Positions 27,785 through 41,429 are shown, counted from the first letter of the stretch. The stretch: 64,000 bases of DNA from Vicinamibacterales bacterium (GCA_963821395.1 CAWGDY010000042.1:41263-105262); one strand, 5' to 3'. The notes: a model not told the origin generated them from the letters alone. A program made the numbers and translations.

Positions 27785-28948
27785 ATGAGAGTATTCCGTC
27801 ACGCGGCCACGGCGGCTCTCGTGTTCTGCGCGATGCAGGCGGGCATGCAGGCCGATCAGCGTGGTGCAAAGCCCGCCCCACCGAAGCCAACGGGTCCGCA
27901 ATTCTTCACGACACCCCTTTCGCTCGACGAGATGCGAAACAAGCAGGCGGTGGTCGAGACCGATCTGGGCACCATCGTCATCGATCTGCTCGCCGAGGCC
28001 GCGCCGAATCATGTCGGCTATTTCATCAAGAACGCGCAGGAAGGCGCGTACGCCGGAACGGCGTTCCACCGGGTCGTGAGGCAGGGCATCGTCCAGGGCG
28101 GCGATCCGCTGACGAAGGATCCTTCGAAAGCCGATGCCTACGGCACGGGCGGATTCGGCGTGCTGCGCGCCGAGCGCAACGCCGAGAAGAACACGCGCGG
28201 TGCCGTGTCGGCGGTCGTGGGTGCCGGCAATCCGGACAGCGGCGGCTCGCAGTTCTTCATCTGCGTCGCCGACCAGCCTGGCCTCGACGGCCAGTACGAC
28301 GTGTTCGGGCGGGTCAGCGAGGGCATCCTCATCGCTCAGAAGATTTCGGAAGTGGCGGCCGATGAAAAGGGCAGGCCGAAAGAGCGGGTCGCGATCAAGT
28401 CGGTGACGATTCGCGACAAGCCGGCGGCCGCACCCGAGAGTTTTTCGACAGAGAGCGTCGCCGAATTGAGCGCGTATCGTGCCGTGCTCGAGACGAGCCT
28501 GGGCAACATTACGCTGGAATTCACGCCAGATAAGGCGCCGGAACACGTGCGGAACTTTCTGCGTCTCGCGCAGGCCGGCGTCTACAACGGGATGGGTTTC
28601 CATCGCGTGGCGAAGGGGTTCGTCATCCAGACGGGCTATCTGCCGTCGAGGAGCGAGCCGCTCTCTGAGTCTCAACAGCGGCTGGTGAGAAATCTCCAGC
28701 CAGAATTCAACGACACGCGGCACGTCAAGGGCACGATCTCGATGGCTCGCGGCGAGAACCCCGCAAGCGCCGACATGTCGTTCTTCATCGTGCTCGCGCC
28801 GAGCCCTGTACTCGATGGCAAGTACTCGGCGTTCGGCCGCGTCGTCGATGGCCTGCAGGTCGTCGAGGCGATCGAACAGGTGCCCGTTAACGGTGAAGCC
28901 CCGGTGACGCGCATCGACGTGCGCCGGGTGACCGTCGAAAAAAAATAG
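27785..28948 (+). CDS. peptidyl-prolyl cis-trans isomerase, two tandem cyclophilin domains, secreted
   Basis: Signal peptide. Two copies of the cyclophilin core (FHRVVRQGIVQGGDP...GGSQFFI and FHRVAKGFVIQTG...SFFIVL). Confidence 0.9.
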   Translation: MRVFRHAATAALVFCAMQAGMQADQRGAKPAPPKPTGPQFFTTPLSLDEMRNKQAVVETDLGTIVIDLLAEAAPNHVGYFIKNAQEGAYAGTAFHRVVRQGIVQGGDPLTKDPSKADAYGTGGFGVLRAERNAEKNTRGAVSAVVGAGNPDSGGSQFFICVADQPGLDGQYDVFGRVSEGILIAQKISEVAADEKGRPKERVAIKSVTIRDKPAAAPESFSTESVAELSAYRAVLETSLGNITLEFTPDKAPEHVRNFLRLAQAGVYNGMGFHRVAKGFVIQTGYLPSRSEPLSESQQRLVRNLQPEFNDTRHVKGTISMARGENPASADMSFFIVLAPSPVLDGKYSAFGRVVDGLQVVEAIEQVPVNGEAPVTRIDVRRVTVEKK

Positions 28949-28961
28949 TACCGGAGGCTGT

Positions 28962-29771
28962 ATGCGATTGCGATGTGCACTGACGCTGTTGGCGGTTCTC
29001 TCTGCGGCGCCGGCCGTGGCGCAGCCGAATCCCAATACGGTCTTTCTCGAGAATCTCACCTGGGTCGAGGTCCGCGACGCCATCAAGGCCGGCAAGACGA
29101 CGGCGATTATCCCGACTGGTGGAACCGAGCAGAACGGTCCACACATGGTGCTGGGCAAGCACAACATCCTGGTGAAGTACAAGGCGGGAGAGATCGCGAA
29201 GGCGCTCGGCAATGCGATCGTGGCGCCGGTGCTGGCCTATGTGCCTGAGGGCGAGATCCCGGGACCGAAGCCGGCCGCGGGCCATATGCGGTTCCCCGGC
29301 ACGATCACGATTCCGGAGCAGGTCTACGAGGGGATTCTGGAATACGCCGCCCGAAGCCTGCGGACCGCGGGTTTCATCGACATTGCGTTCATCGGCGACA
29401 GCGGCGGAAATCAGGCAGGGCAGAAGGCGGTGTCGGAGAAACTCAACAAGGAGTGGGCCGGCACGAACGTCCGCGTGCATCACATCACCGACTACTATCC
29501 AGGTCGCGGCGATGCCATTGCCATGGCCAATGGCCTGACGATGGAAGAAGTGGGCGGGCACGCGGGGAGTCAGGACACGACCAGCTTTCTCTATCTCGAT
29601 CCGTCGCAGCTTCGTGTCGACAAGTTCTTCGTCGGGAAGACGAACGATGGGCAGGGTCATACCGGCAATCCGAGCAAAGCGACCGCTTACATCGGCAAAC
29701 TGATCCTCGAAGCGCAGATCGAGGACGCGACGAAGCAGATCCAGAAAGTGAGAGTGGAGAGCCGGCGGTAA
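28962..29771 (+). CDS. creatininase-family amidohydrolase with signal peptide
   Basis: LENLTWVEV...AIIPTGGTEQNGPHMVLGKH and IAFIGDSGGN motifs of the creatininase family. Confidence 0.8.
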   Translation: MRLRCALTLLAVLSAAPAVAQPNPNTVFLENLTWVEVRDAIKAGKTTAIIPTGGTEQNGPHMVLGKHNILVKYKAGEIAKALGNAIVAPVLAYVPEGEIPGPKPAAGHMRFPGTITIPEQVYEGILEYAARSLRTAGFIDIAFIGDSGGNQAGQKAVSEKLNKEWAGTNVRVHHITDYYPGRGDAIAMANGLTMEEVGGHAGSQDTTSFLYLDPSQLRVDKFFVGKTNDGQGHTGNPSKATAYIGKLILEAQIEDATKQIQKVRVESRR

Positions 29772-29796
29772 AATGAATTGATAGATTGGTAATGGG

Positions 29797-30285
29797 TCAG
29801 TCCATCCGCCTCTTCCCCCGGCAGCGGCAGAACTGACCGACTATCGGTTTCGCCAGTTCCGCGAAATCTCCGTAGTGCATCCTGATGGCGTCGGTGTGCG
29901 TGCCGGCGTTGAAGACCATCTCGGGTTCGCCGACCAGGCAGCGCTCGACGAACACGCGATGTCCGAACACCGCGCCGAAGGGCGGCATCGCTCCGACTTC
30001 GTACTCCGGATACAGGATCGCCAGCTCGTCTTCGCGCGCCAGTCGAAATGTCTTGGCACCCGCCAGCATCCGCAGCTGTTCGAGATCGACGACGTAGTGG
30101 GCCGGCAGGACTGCCTGAACGGGCTGTTCGTCGAGCATGCAGATGACGACTTTGGCCCAACAGTGTCCGCGGATGTGAGAGGCGGCCGCCTCTTCCTGCG
30201 CTGTGTACGACACCTTGTGTCGAAACCAGGTGTAGGGAAGACGCTCCCGTTTGAGCAGCTCGACGATCGACAGCGCGACTGACAT
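29797..30285 (-). CDS. YbaK/EbsC-like aminoacyl-tRNA editing domain protein
   Basis: Start ATG at 30285, preceded by GGGAGGG. 163 aa with …AKVVICMLDEQPVQAVLPA…VGAMPPFG…. The upstream 112 codons of ORF 29797..30621 look non-coding. Confidence 0.7.
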   Translation of the reverse strand: MSVALSIVELLKRERLPYTWFRHKVSYTAQEEAAASHIRGHCWAKVVICMLDEQPVQAVLPAHYVVDLEQLRMLAGAKTFRLAREDELAILYPEYEVGAMPPFGAVFGHRVFVERCLVGEPEMVFNAGTHTDAIRMHYGDFAELAKPIVGQFCRCRGKRRMD

Positions 30286-30523
30286 CGCAGACCCTCCCTG
30301 GAAGCGCGCGGCGGCGCGACCGTGACTACCGAGGGGTGTCGGATACGCTCGTTTGTGTTCCATTGAATAGCACGACGGCGGCCCGGCGTCCAGAAATCTT
30401 TCGCCGGAGAGCTGACCGGGGGTAGAATGCGGATTAGCTGACCTAATAGCCGAGCCACTACAACTGCAAGCCGAGTGACACCTCAACGCGCGGGAGGTGC
30501 CCACGGTCTGGAGGGATGCGTCC

Positions 30524-33500
30524 ATGTCGAGCAGACCCCGGTATCCTGGGATACGTGTTACCGCCAATGGCAACCAGCTGGTTTCATACCACACTGAAAC
30601 CAGGATTGCCGACGCCGGCATTTTCTACCCCATCACACCCTCAACCGAAGGCGGCGAGCTTTACCAGCAGGCCTTTGCCGAAGGCAAGCTGAACGTCTTC
30701 GGCGGCAACACGATTGCCGTCGAGGCCGAAGGCGAGCACGCAGCGCAGGGCGGTGCGATAGCGCACTCGGTGTGCGGCAAGCGCGTCGTCAACTACACAT
30801 CGGGGCAGGGCGTTGTGTACGGTGTCGAGCAGTATTACCACGCACCGGGCAAATGCTCGACCATGGTCCTCGAGGTGGCGGCGCGCGCGCTCACCAAGCA
30901 CGCCCTCAACGTGCACTGCGGACATGACGACGTCTACGGTGCGCTCGATACGGGCTGGATCATCCTGTTCGGAAAGGACGCCCAGCAGGCCGCCGACCAG
31001 GCACTGGTGCTGCGGCGGGTCACCGAGCTGAGCCTGACGCCCGGCATGAACGTCATGGACGGGTTTCTGACGTCGCATCTCGAGCGGACCTTCTACAAGC
31101 ACGAATCGGCGCTCATCCGCGAGTATCTGGGCGCCCCTGACGACATCATCGACTGCCCGACCGAGAGCCAGCGCGTCCTGTTCGGTCCCAGGCGGCGCCG
31201 TGTGCCGAAGATGATCGATCTCGCCAACCCCGTGCTTCTGGGCCCCGTGCAGAACCAGGAGCACTACATGCAGGGTGTCGTGGCCCGGCGCGACAACTTC
31301 GTCGAGCCGATTCTCGACTTCCTTGAAGCCGCGTGGGAGGACTTCGGGGAGCTGACAGGCCGCTACTACGGTCTGGTCAGCCAGTACAAGACCGAGGATG
31401 CCGACACCGTGTTCGTGTCGCTTGGCTCAGCCGCCGAGAACATCGAAGCCGCCGTCGATTACATGCGCGAGACGAGGGGCGTGAAGGTCGGGTCGATTCA
31501 CCCGAACGTGTTCCGGCCGTTTCCCGAGGCGGCGATCGTCAACGCGCTGGCCGGGAAGAAGAACGTCATCATCCTGGAGCGAACAGACGAGCCGCTGGCC
31601 GGCGATAACCCGATGGGTCGAGACATCCGCACGGCGCTGAACAAGGCGCTGATGGGAGAGGCAGGGATTCCGAAGATATCCATAGATCAGATGCCGCGGC
31701 TGTTCGCGGGCGTCTACGGTCTGGGATCGCGCGACTTCCGGCCCGAGCACACGATTGGCGCGTACGAGTTCGCCACGGGTCAGCGAACCCGCAAGGACGG
31801 CAAGAGCGTCGATGACGGCGTCCGGTTCATGGCGCTCGGCATCGACCATCCGTACGAAGTGAAGTCGGACGATGCGCCTTCGCTGCTTGCCCGAGGGCAA
31901 CATCGCCGTGCGCTTCCATTCGGTCGGCGGATGGGGCGCGATCACGACCGGCAAGAACCTCGGCGCGATCATCGGCGACCTGAACGATCTGCTTGTACGA
32001 GCGCGACAAGGTCGTGGACGAGTTCGGCAATCCGAAGGAGATCATCCACGTCAGCGCGAATCCGAAGTACGGTTCCGAGAAGAAGGGTGCACCCACGGCG
32101 TACTTCATGGTGGCCGCGCCCGAGCGCATTCGGGTCAATTGCGACCTGCGTCACGCCAACGTCGTGCTGTGCTGCGACCCGAAGGCGTTCACGCACTGCA
32201 ATCCGCTCGACGGCATGCAGGAAGGCGGCCGTCTCGTCTGGGAATCCGAGGAGGAAGGCGAGCAGGCGTGGGAACGCCTGCCCATGTGGGCGCGGCAGCA
32301 GATCATCGAGAAGAAGATCCGCGTCTTCACGCTGCCGGGCTTCGAGATCGCGCGCAAAGCCACCGACCGCGGCGACCTTCAGCTGCGCATGCAGGGCAAC
32401 GCGTTTCTCGGAGCCTTTTTCTCGGTGTCGCCGCTTCTGGACGAGTTCCGCATCACGCAGGAGCAGTTCCACGAGGTCGTCCACAAGCAATACGTGAAGA
32501 AGTTCGGCCGGCTCGGCGAAGGTGTCGTCAAGTCCAACATGGAGGTCATGACGCAGGGCTTCAGCCGCGTGCGGGAGATCCCGGTCGGCGAGCTCAACGC
32601 CGCCGATCGATCGACCATGCGCGGAAAGGCGCTGCTGCCGGTCGTGGATGAAGAGCACAACGGCAACGGTTGCGGTTCTGGCTGCCGATCGCATCCGGTA
32701 CCAGAGGGCCAGGACGAGCGGACACCCCTCACGCGAATCGCCGAGTTCGACAACCTGTTCAGAGGGAAGTTTGGATACAACCAGCCGGCGAATGCATATT
32801 CGTCGCTGGGTATCATGGCCGCGGGCAGCGGCGATACGGCGTCGAAGTACGTCGCCCGTCGCGAGACGCCGCTCTACATTCCGGAGAACTGCACGCAGTG
32901 CATGGAGTGCATCGCGGTATGCCCTGATACGGCGCTGCCGAATTGCTCGCAGGACCTGGAAACCGTTCTGCGCACCGCGGTGAGCAATTACGTGACCGAT
33001 GCCGGCGAGCGTCAGAAGATGTTCCGATCGCTGCCGGAGATCGAAAGACGCACGCGAGAATTGATGCGTGACGCGGTGGCCAAGAACGCCAAGACCCCGC
33101 TCCAGGACATCATTCGGGATGTGACCAATGTCGTCGACGGGTTTTCACCCCAGGCGAAGAGCGAGTTCTTTGCCGTTCTCGACAAGGTGCCCCTGGCATT
33201 CCAGAAGACCAACGCGATTTTCGCGACGCCGGAAAAGAAGGCTCCTGGTGCGGGAGGCGTCTTCTCCATCTTCGTCTCCGACTTGTGCAAAGGGTGTGCG
33301 GCGTGCGTCACGGCATGCGGCGAGCACCAGGCGCTCCGGATGGTGCAGGAGACCGAACAGGTCAATGCGGAGCACGAAACGGGCACGGCGTTCCTGGACC
33401 TGCTGCCGGATACGTCGCAGAAGTACCTGGGCCTTTACAGCGACACGCGCCCGCAGGATTCCAAGACCGCCACGCTGCGAAACATGCTGATGGTCCGCCG

Positions 33501-35319
33501 GAACTACGACGCGCTCGTGTCGGGCGATGGCGCGTGCGCGGGTTGCGGAGAGAAGAGCATCCTCAAGGCCATCACCTCGGTCACGGAAGCGTACATGCGG
33601 CCGATTTTCCACGCGAAAGCCGATCGCTTCCGAGCCAAAGCCGACGAGCTCGACCGCGAGGGAGTGGCGAGGCTGGTGGCCCTCAAAGAGCGGAACCCCG
33701 AGGAATATGCCATGTTCCGCCAGGCGATCGCGCACCTGCTCATGGGCCTGGGCGGCGAGGACGACAAGGACACGCAGGTTCGGATGGCGGAGCACGGTCC
33801 GATCTCGGACAAGGATCTGGTCGGCGCGATGACGGCCGTCCTGCGGCAGGAGGCGTTCAATCACAAGAACCTGCAGGCCATCGATGGCCGGCTCGCCAAC
33901 GGGATGTCGGTGATGGCCATGGCGGCGCACACGGGCTGCAACACCGTGTATGGCTCGACGCCGTCGAACAACCCGCACCCGTATCCGTGGATGAACTCGC
34001 TCTTCCAGGACGGCGTGACCGTCGGCTGGCTGCTGGGCGAGAGCTTCATCGTCGATCACGGACGCCGGTCGGTCATTCCCGAACGGCTGGCCGACGCATT
34101 GATGCATCGCGACGAGAACGTCATCAACGCGCGCGAGTTCTACGAGTACGTGCACTTCAGCGATGCCGTCATGACCGACCAGGAAATCCTCGAGCTGCCG
34201 AAGGCGTGGGTCGTCGGCGGCGACGGCGGCATGGGCGACATCGGCTATCAGAACACGTCGAAGGTCATCCTCCAGAACCGGCCGAACGTCAAGGCGCTCA
34301 TGCTCGACACGCAGGTGTATTCGAACACCGGCGGCCAGAATTCTGACTCGACGCCGATGCTCGGCGGCAACGACATGAACGTCTTCGGGAGCGCGACCCA
34401 GGGCAAAAACACCGAGAAGAAGACCGTGGCAGAGACCTTCCTGGCCGGTCACGGCTCGCCGTTCATCGCCCAGGTGTCAATCGCCAACGCGCCGAAGCTC
34501 TACAAGGCGATTCTCGATGGGCTCGAGTACCGGGGCACGGCGTTCTATCAGTGCTTCACGACCTGCCAGCCCGAGCATGGCGTGGCCGACGATATGGCAT
34601 TGACCCAGGCGCAGCGCGTCCGCGACTCGCGGGGGGCGCCGGAATTCGTGTTCAATCCGAGGATGGGCGAGACCTATCAGGAGGCGCTCGACGTGAAGGG
34701 CAACCCGTCGATGGAGTCGGACTGGTACGAGGCGAAGTTCAAAGCGACAAACGAGGTCTATCGCTACACCGTGGCGCACTGGTGCGCCACCGAAGCGCGA
34801 TTCCGCAACCACCTGAAGAAGATCAAGAAAGAGGATGCGGAGAAGTTGATTCCGCTCGAGAACATGCTCGTGCGGATAACGCAGCAGGACGTCGTGTACC
34901 GCCGGTATCTCGTGCACGACCACCGATCCTTCGTGCCGGACTTCGGCGTCTACATCAAGGTCCAGGGGCCGAAGGGAGACGTCGAGTACCGCTCGCTCTC
35001 ACGTCAGCTCGTGCTCTTCTGCGTGGAGCGCCGCAAGGCGTGGCGCATGCTCCAGAGCAAGGCGGGGGTGGAGAACCGCGAGTACAAGGCACAGCGGTCG
35101 ATTCTGGCCGACGTGGATGCCGGCCGAATCTCCAAGGAAGACCTGTTCGCGCGAGCCGAGGAACTGATGCGAGAGCGGTTGAAGGTGCCGGCCCGGTGCA
35201 GGCGCCAGGCGCTCACAGACCGGCGATTCAGACGCCGACCACACCAATCGTTCCGCCCGTGCGCCCCGGCACCCCGCCTCCGGGCGTTCGGGCTTGATAG
35301 GGTCATGGCAGAGGGCTGA
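30524..35319 (+). CDS. pyruvate:ferredoxin(flavodoxin) oxidoreductase-type single-chain 2-oxoacid oxidoreductase, ~1600 aa, two +1 frame breaks as assembled
   Basis: SD GGAGGGA then ATG 30524. Domain I is in ORF 30497... The gamma-like domain (VGGWGAITTGKNLG) is in ORF 31872... The remainder is in ORF 31993..35319 and contains CTQCMECIAVCP, CKGCAACVTAC, GDGACAGCGEKS and GGDGGMGDIGYQN. Frame joins at ~31880 and ~31990. The last codons overlap REP A3, so the exact 3' end is uncertain. Confidence 0.85.
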
Positions 35320-35367
35320 TGGCAGATGGCAGAGAGTTCTTCTGCCATTCGCCATCTGCCATCTGCC
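35302..35367. repeat. REP-like palindromic element, family A, copy 3
   Basis: gtcatggcagagggctgatggcagatggcagag ... tctgccattcgccatctgccatctgcc. Confidence 0.85.
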
Positions 35368-35442
35368 TTCAGCACTCCGACTCGTCAGGTAACCCCGCAT
35401 CGAGCCCATCCCTGCTACAATAGGGGCTGACTTCGATCAATT

Positions 35443-35467
35443 CTTTGCCCTTGCGTCTCTGCGTCGG
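35443..35467. repeat. family B half element (right arm only)
   Basis: ctttgcccttgcgtctctgcgtcgg matches the right arms of the other B copies. Confidence 0.6.
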
Positions 35468-35477
35468 ATAGTAAACT

Positions 35478-37199
<1,722 letters not shown>

Positions 37200-37205
37200 A
37201 TACGC

Positions 37206-39057
37206 GTGCCTGAATCCAGCAAGCGCAAAGTCAACTTCTCCAGTGCCTGGGCCGAGGCACGTGAACTGGTCTGGGAGCATCGCGCACGCCTGGCGCTCGG
37301 GCTCGCCCTGATGCTCGTCAACAGGCTCGCCGGCCTGGTCCTTCCCACCACCTCCAAATTTCTCATCGATGACGTGATCGGCCGGGGCCGCGCCGACCTC
37401 CTGATCCCTCTCGCGTCCGCGGCCGCGCGCCGCCACGCTCGTCGATGCGGCAACGGGGTTTGCGCTCTCGCAGGTGCTCGGCGTCGCCGCCCAGAAGGCC
37501 ATTGCGGACATGCGCATGAGCATGCAGCGGCACATCACGCGGCTTCCCACGAGCTATTTCGATTCCACGCAGACCGGCGTGCTGATTTCGCGCGTGATGA
37601 ACGACGCGGATGGCATCCGGAACCTGGTGGGCTCGGGTCTCGTGCAGATGGTGGGAGGGCTGGTGACGGCGGTCATCGCGCTGGCCGTCCTTTTCTATTT
37701 GAACTGGCGGCTCACGCTCATGAGCCTCGTGGTGCTCGTCCTGTTCGCCGCCGGGATGATTGTCGCGTTCGGCAGGCTGCGTCCGCTCTTCCGCGAGCGC
37801 GGCAAGATCACCGCCCAGATTTCGGGCCGACTCGCCGAATCGTTCGGCGGCATCAGGGTCGTCAAGGCCTACATTGCCGAAGAGCGCGAGGACAAGGTGT
37901 TTGCGACCGGCGTCCTCAGCCTGTTTGCCAACGTTCGCCAGACCCTCACTGGTATTTCCGCCGTCACGTCGTTCGGCGGCGTCGTCATCGGCACGATTGG
38001 GGTCGTCATGATGGTCGTCGGTGGCCGGGCCATTCTTGCCGGTACCATGACGCTCGGCGATTTCATCATGTACATCTTCTTCGTCGGCATGCTGGCGGCG
38101 CCGCTCATCCAGATGTCGTCGATCGGCACGCAGTTGTCGGAGGCGCTGGCAGGGCTCGATCGCATCCGCGAGATCAAGGCGATGGCGACCGAAGACGACG
38201 AAGATGCCTCACGCGAGCCTCTTGGTGTTCTCAACGGCGACGTCGTGTTCGAAGATGTGTCGTTCGAATACGACCCGGGCGTGCCCGTGCTGAAGCACGT
38301 GTCGTTTGTCGCCGCCGCCGGGACGACAACGGCGCTCGTGGGATCGAGCGGATCGGGAAAGAGCACGCTCATCAGCCTCGTCATGGCCTTCAACCGGCCC
38401 CGTTCGGGCCGGGTGCTCGTCGATGGCCGCAATCTGGCGGGCGTCCGGCTGCGCGACTATCGGTCGCAGCTCGGCGTGGTGTTGCAGGACAACTTCATGT
38501 TCGACGGCACGGTCGCCGAGAACATCAGGTTCGCCAGACCCAACGCGACGCCGGAAGAGGTCAAAGGGGTGAGCCTCATCGCGCACTGCGACGAGTTCGT
38601 GGAGAAGTTTCCGAACAAGTACGAAACGATCGTGGGGGAGCGCGGCGTGAAGCTCTCCGGCGGCCAGCGCCAGCGCGTGGCGATCGCGCGTGCGATTCTG
38701 GCCGACCCGCGTATCCTGATTCTCGATGAAGCCACGTCGAGCCTCGACAGCGAGAGCGAGGCGCTCATCCAGGACGGCCTCCACGCGCTGCGGCGCGGCA
38801 GGACGACCTTCGTCATCGCCCACAGGCTGTCGACCATCCGGAGCGCCGATCAGATTCTGGTGCTCGAGGGGGGCGAGATCGTCGAGCGCGGCACGCACGA
38901 TGAGCTTCTGGCCGCCAACGGCCGATATAGGCAGTTACACGACAAGCAATATAAGATCGAGAGAGATCGGTTTGTGAACCCGGGCGAGGATTTCACGCCG
39001 GAGCTGCCGAAAGCGGTGCCGGAGACAACGGGTGCCGGGCGCCAGTCGGCTCTGTGA
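37206..39057 (+). CDS. ABC exporter, fused permease/ATPase (MsbA/MdlB-like), one +1 frame break as assembled
   Basis: The first ~75 codons are in ORF 37206... The TMD and NBD ([33 protein letters not shown]) are in ORF 37474..39057. The join is at ~37430. Confidence 0.85.
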
Positions 39058-39064
39058 GTGACCT

Positions 39065-39904
39065 ATGAACATGAAGACGTTCTTCGGTGCGGTCATCGTG
39101 CTCGCCCTGGGAATTGGCGGCTTCCTGGCCGTCCAGTACACCAATAAGGTGGGCCAGAACCTGACGACCGCCACCGATACGAATGCCGCCACCGGAAAGC
39201 CCCGCGTGCGGTTCGTCAAGGATCCCAAGGAAATTCCCTCGCTCACCATGACGACGCTCGACGGGAAGACGATCACGAACAAGGACCTGGCGGGCAAGGT
39301 CACGATCGTCAATTTCTGGGCAACCTGGTGCGCGCCCTGCCGCGCCGAGATTCCCGACCTCGTGAAGCTCCAGGAACAGTACAAGGATCACCTGCTGATT
39401 ATCGGCGTGCTGTCCGAGGACGATCCCGGCGACCACGTGTTGAAGTTCGCGGCCGACTACAAGATGAACTATCCGATCGTGGTCGAGACGAAGGAGCTGA
39501 CCGACGCGTTCCCGGGGATTTTCGCGCTGCCCACCACGTTCATGGTCGGCCCCGACCTGAAGATGATGCAGAAGCACGTGGGGCAGATTCGCGCCTCCCA
39601 GATCGAGCTCGAGACGCGCGTGCTCGCCAAGCTGCCGGTCGATGCCGACGTGGAATACGACGCGGCTGAAGGTCAGGCCGTGCTGGCCACGAACGCCAAG
39701 GCGACCGACATTCCCGGTCTCGACCTGTCGATGCTGACCACCGAGCAGAAAACGGCGGCGTTGAAGCGGCTGAACGAAGAGGCCTGTGGCTGCGGCTGTG
39801 GCCTCACCATCGCGGCCTGCCGAATCAACGATTCAACGTGCGGCGTCAGCCCGAAGCTTGCGGAAAAGATCGTCGCTGACGTGCGAGCCGGCGGCAAGCC
39901 GTAG
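39065..39904 (+). CDS. TlpA-like thiol:disulfide oxidoreductase, membrane-anchored, with Cys-rich C-terminal extension
   Basis: N-terminal TM segment. FWATWCAPCRAEIPDL (CxxC thioredoxin fold). C-terminal EEACGCGCGLTIAACRINDSTCGVS. Confidence 0.8.
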   Translation: MNMKTFFGAVIVLALGIGGFLAVQYTNKVGQNLTTATDTNAATGKPRVRFVKDPKEIPSLTMTTLDGKTITNKDLAGKVTIVNFWATWCAPCRAEIPDLVKLQEQYKDHLLIIGVLSEDDPGDHVLKFAADYKMNYPIVVETKELTDAFPGIFALPTTFMVGPDLKMMQKHVGQIRASQIELETRVLAKLPVDADVEYDAAEGQAVLATNAKATDIPGLDLSMLTTEQKTAALKRLNEEACGCGCGLTIAACRINDSTCGVSPKLAEKIVADVRAGGKP

Positions 39905-39932
39905 GTCGACGCGATGGCCCATCGCCCCACGA

Positions 39933-41429
39933 CTATCGCCCGTCGACCACCAGCGGCAGATAGATCGTAAACGTCGAGCCTTCCCCGATTTCGCTCTGAA
40001 CCTCGATTCCCCCGCCAAGGCCCTTCACGATGCCGTACACAATCGAGAGACCCAGGCCCGTGCCCTTGTCGGGGGACTTGGTCGTGAAGAAGGGTTCGAA
40101 CAGATGCCGTTGGACGTCGGCCGGGATGCCCTGGCCCGTGTCGCGCACGCTGATGCCGGCATATCGCCCCGGACCGACGCCGAGCGTCGGCGCAAGCGGA
40201 TCACCGAGGTTGAGGACGCCCATGTCGATGGACGCGGTACCGCCGTCCGGCATGGCGTCGCGCGCGTTGATGATGAGGTTCAGCACAATCTGATTCAACG
40301 ACGCCTCGTCGGCACGAACGGGAATCGGCAACTGGCTGGCGGTCACGCGAATCGTGACCTTGTCGAGCACGAGCCGCTTCAGCATCGGCTCCATGCCGCT
40401 GACGACGGTTACCACGTCCACGACCGTGGCGGCCGCTCGTTGTGGCCGGCTGAACGTGAGCAGCTGCTTGGTGAGCGCGGCGCCCCTGTCGGCGGCGCGC
40501 CTGATCGCGTCGGCCTCGGTCCATCCGGGAGCGTCCGGCTCGAGCATCATCGAGAGTAGATCGGCCGATCCGAGAATCGCCGTCAGCACGTTGTTGAAGT
40601 CGTGGGCCACGCCTCCGGCGAGACGCCCGATGGCATCCATCTTCTGCGCCTGTCTCAACTGATCTTCCAGCGCCAGGCGCTGGGTGATGTCGCGCGCGAT
40701 TGCCTGAACGCCAATCGGGCGTCCCCCCTCTTCGACAATCTGGACGTTCTGGCCGAGCCAGATCTCCGTGCCGTCTTTGGCGACGGCGGGAAACTCGAGA
40801 TACGTCGATCGAAGGTACTCGCGCCGCTGGCGCTCGTAGAACTCCGACGCGCGCTGCTTGTAGTCGTCGCGAATGAGCGTCAGATAGTGCCGTCCGATCA
40901 GCTCTTTCTCGCTGTACTTCATCAGCGCCACCGCCGTCGGGTTGACGTAGGTGAATCGCCCATCGAGATCGCAGTTGTAGATGATGTCGGTCGTCTGCTC
41001 GGTCAGCCGGCGGTAGCGGATTTCACCCTCGCGCAGGGCCTCCAGCGCCCGCTTGCTTTCGGTGACGTCGCGGCAGTTGAGGATGACGCCGCGAATGCCC
41101 GAATCGTCGAGGCGATTCACGCCGACGCTTTCGATGTGCCGCCACGTTCCGTCCTTGTGCTGGAGCCGGTATGCGTTCTTGACCGGGATGCCCGGTCTCG
41201 TGAGGCTCTTCGCGAAGTTCGAGCGCAACAGCAGCATGTCGTCGTCGTGCACCGAGCGGAACATGCTCGATCCCACGATTTCGGAGAGCGGGACACCCAG
41301 CATGCGCCCGGTGGCGGGATTGGCGTACAGCACCGTGCCCGCTTCGTCCACGAGCACGATGGCATCGGAGCTGTGCTCGATGAGAGCGGTGGCCAGTTGA
41401 GAGGCCTTTTTCGGACGACGGGGGCTCAT
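39933..41429 (-). CDS. cytoplasmic PAS-PAS sensor histidine kinase
   Basis: 498 aa. Two PAS-like segments, H-box GGVAHDFNNVLTAI, and an HATPase region (DTGQGIP, GTGLGLS). I saw no TM segment. Confidence 0.85.
   Translation of the reverse strand: MSPRRPKKASQLATALIEHSSDAIVLVDEAGTVLYANPATGRMLGVPLSEIVGSSMFRSVHDDDMLLLRSNFAKSLTRPGIPVKNAYRLQHKDGTWRHIESVGVNRLDDSGIRGVILNCRDVTESKRALEALREGEIRYRRLTEQTTDIIYNCDLDGRFTYVNPTAVALMKYSEKELIGRHYLTLIRDDYKQRASEFYERQRREYLRSTYLEFPAVAKDGTEIWLGQNVQIVEEGGRPIGVQAIARDITQRLALEDQLRQAQKMDAIGRLAGGVAHDFNNVLTAILGSADLLSMMLEPDAPGWTEADAIRRAADRGAALTKQLLTFSRPQRAAATVVDVVTVVSGMEPMLKRLVLDKVTIRVTASQLPIPVRADEASLNQIVLNLIINARDAMPDGGTASIDMGVLNLGDPLAPTLGVGPGRYAGISVRDTGQGIPADVQRHLFEPFFTTKSPDKGTGLGLSIVYGIVKGLGGGIEVQSEIGEGSTFTIYLPLVVDGR

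Noticed and set aside
35161-35319. Alternative Pro-rich C terminus of PFOR in another frame (…GAGPVQAPGAHRPAIQTPTTPIVPPVRPGTPPPGVRA*, ending at 35297)
   Set aside because: It would require a -1/+2 shift, unlike the +1 pattern seen elsewhere, and third-position GC does not discriminate between the frames. It is left as an uncertainty in the 3' end rather than a call.
37430-38729. Continuation of ORF 37206..38729 (507 aa) after about codon 75
   Set aside because: Beyond ~37430 the frame yields Arg/Gly/Ala-rich nonsense. The +1 frame (ORF 37474..39057) carries all the ABC exporter motifs, so only the first ~75 codons of the long ORF are genuine.
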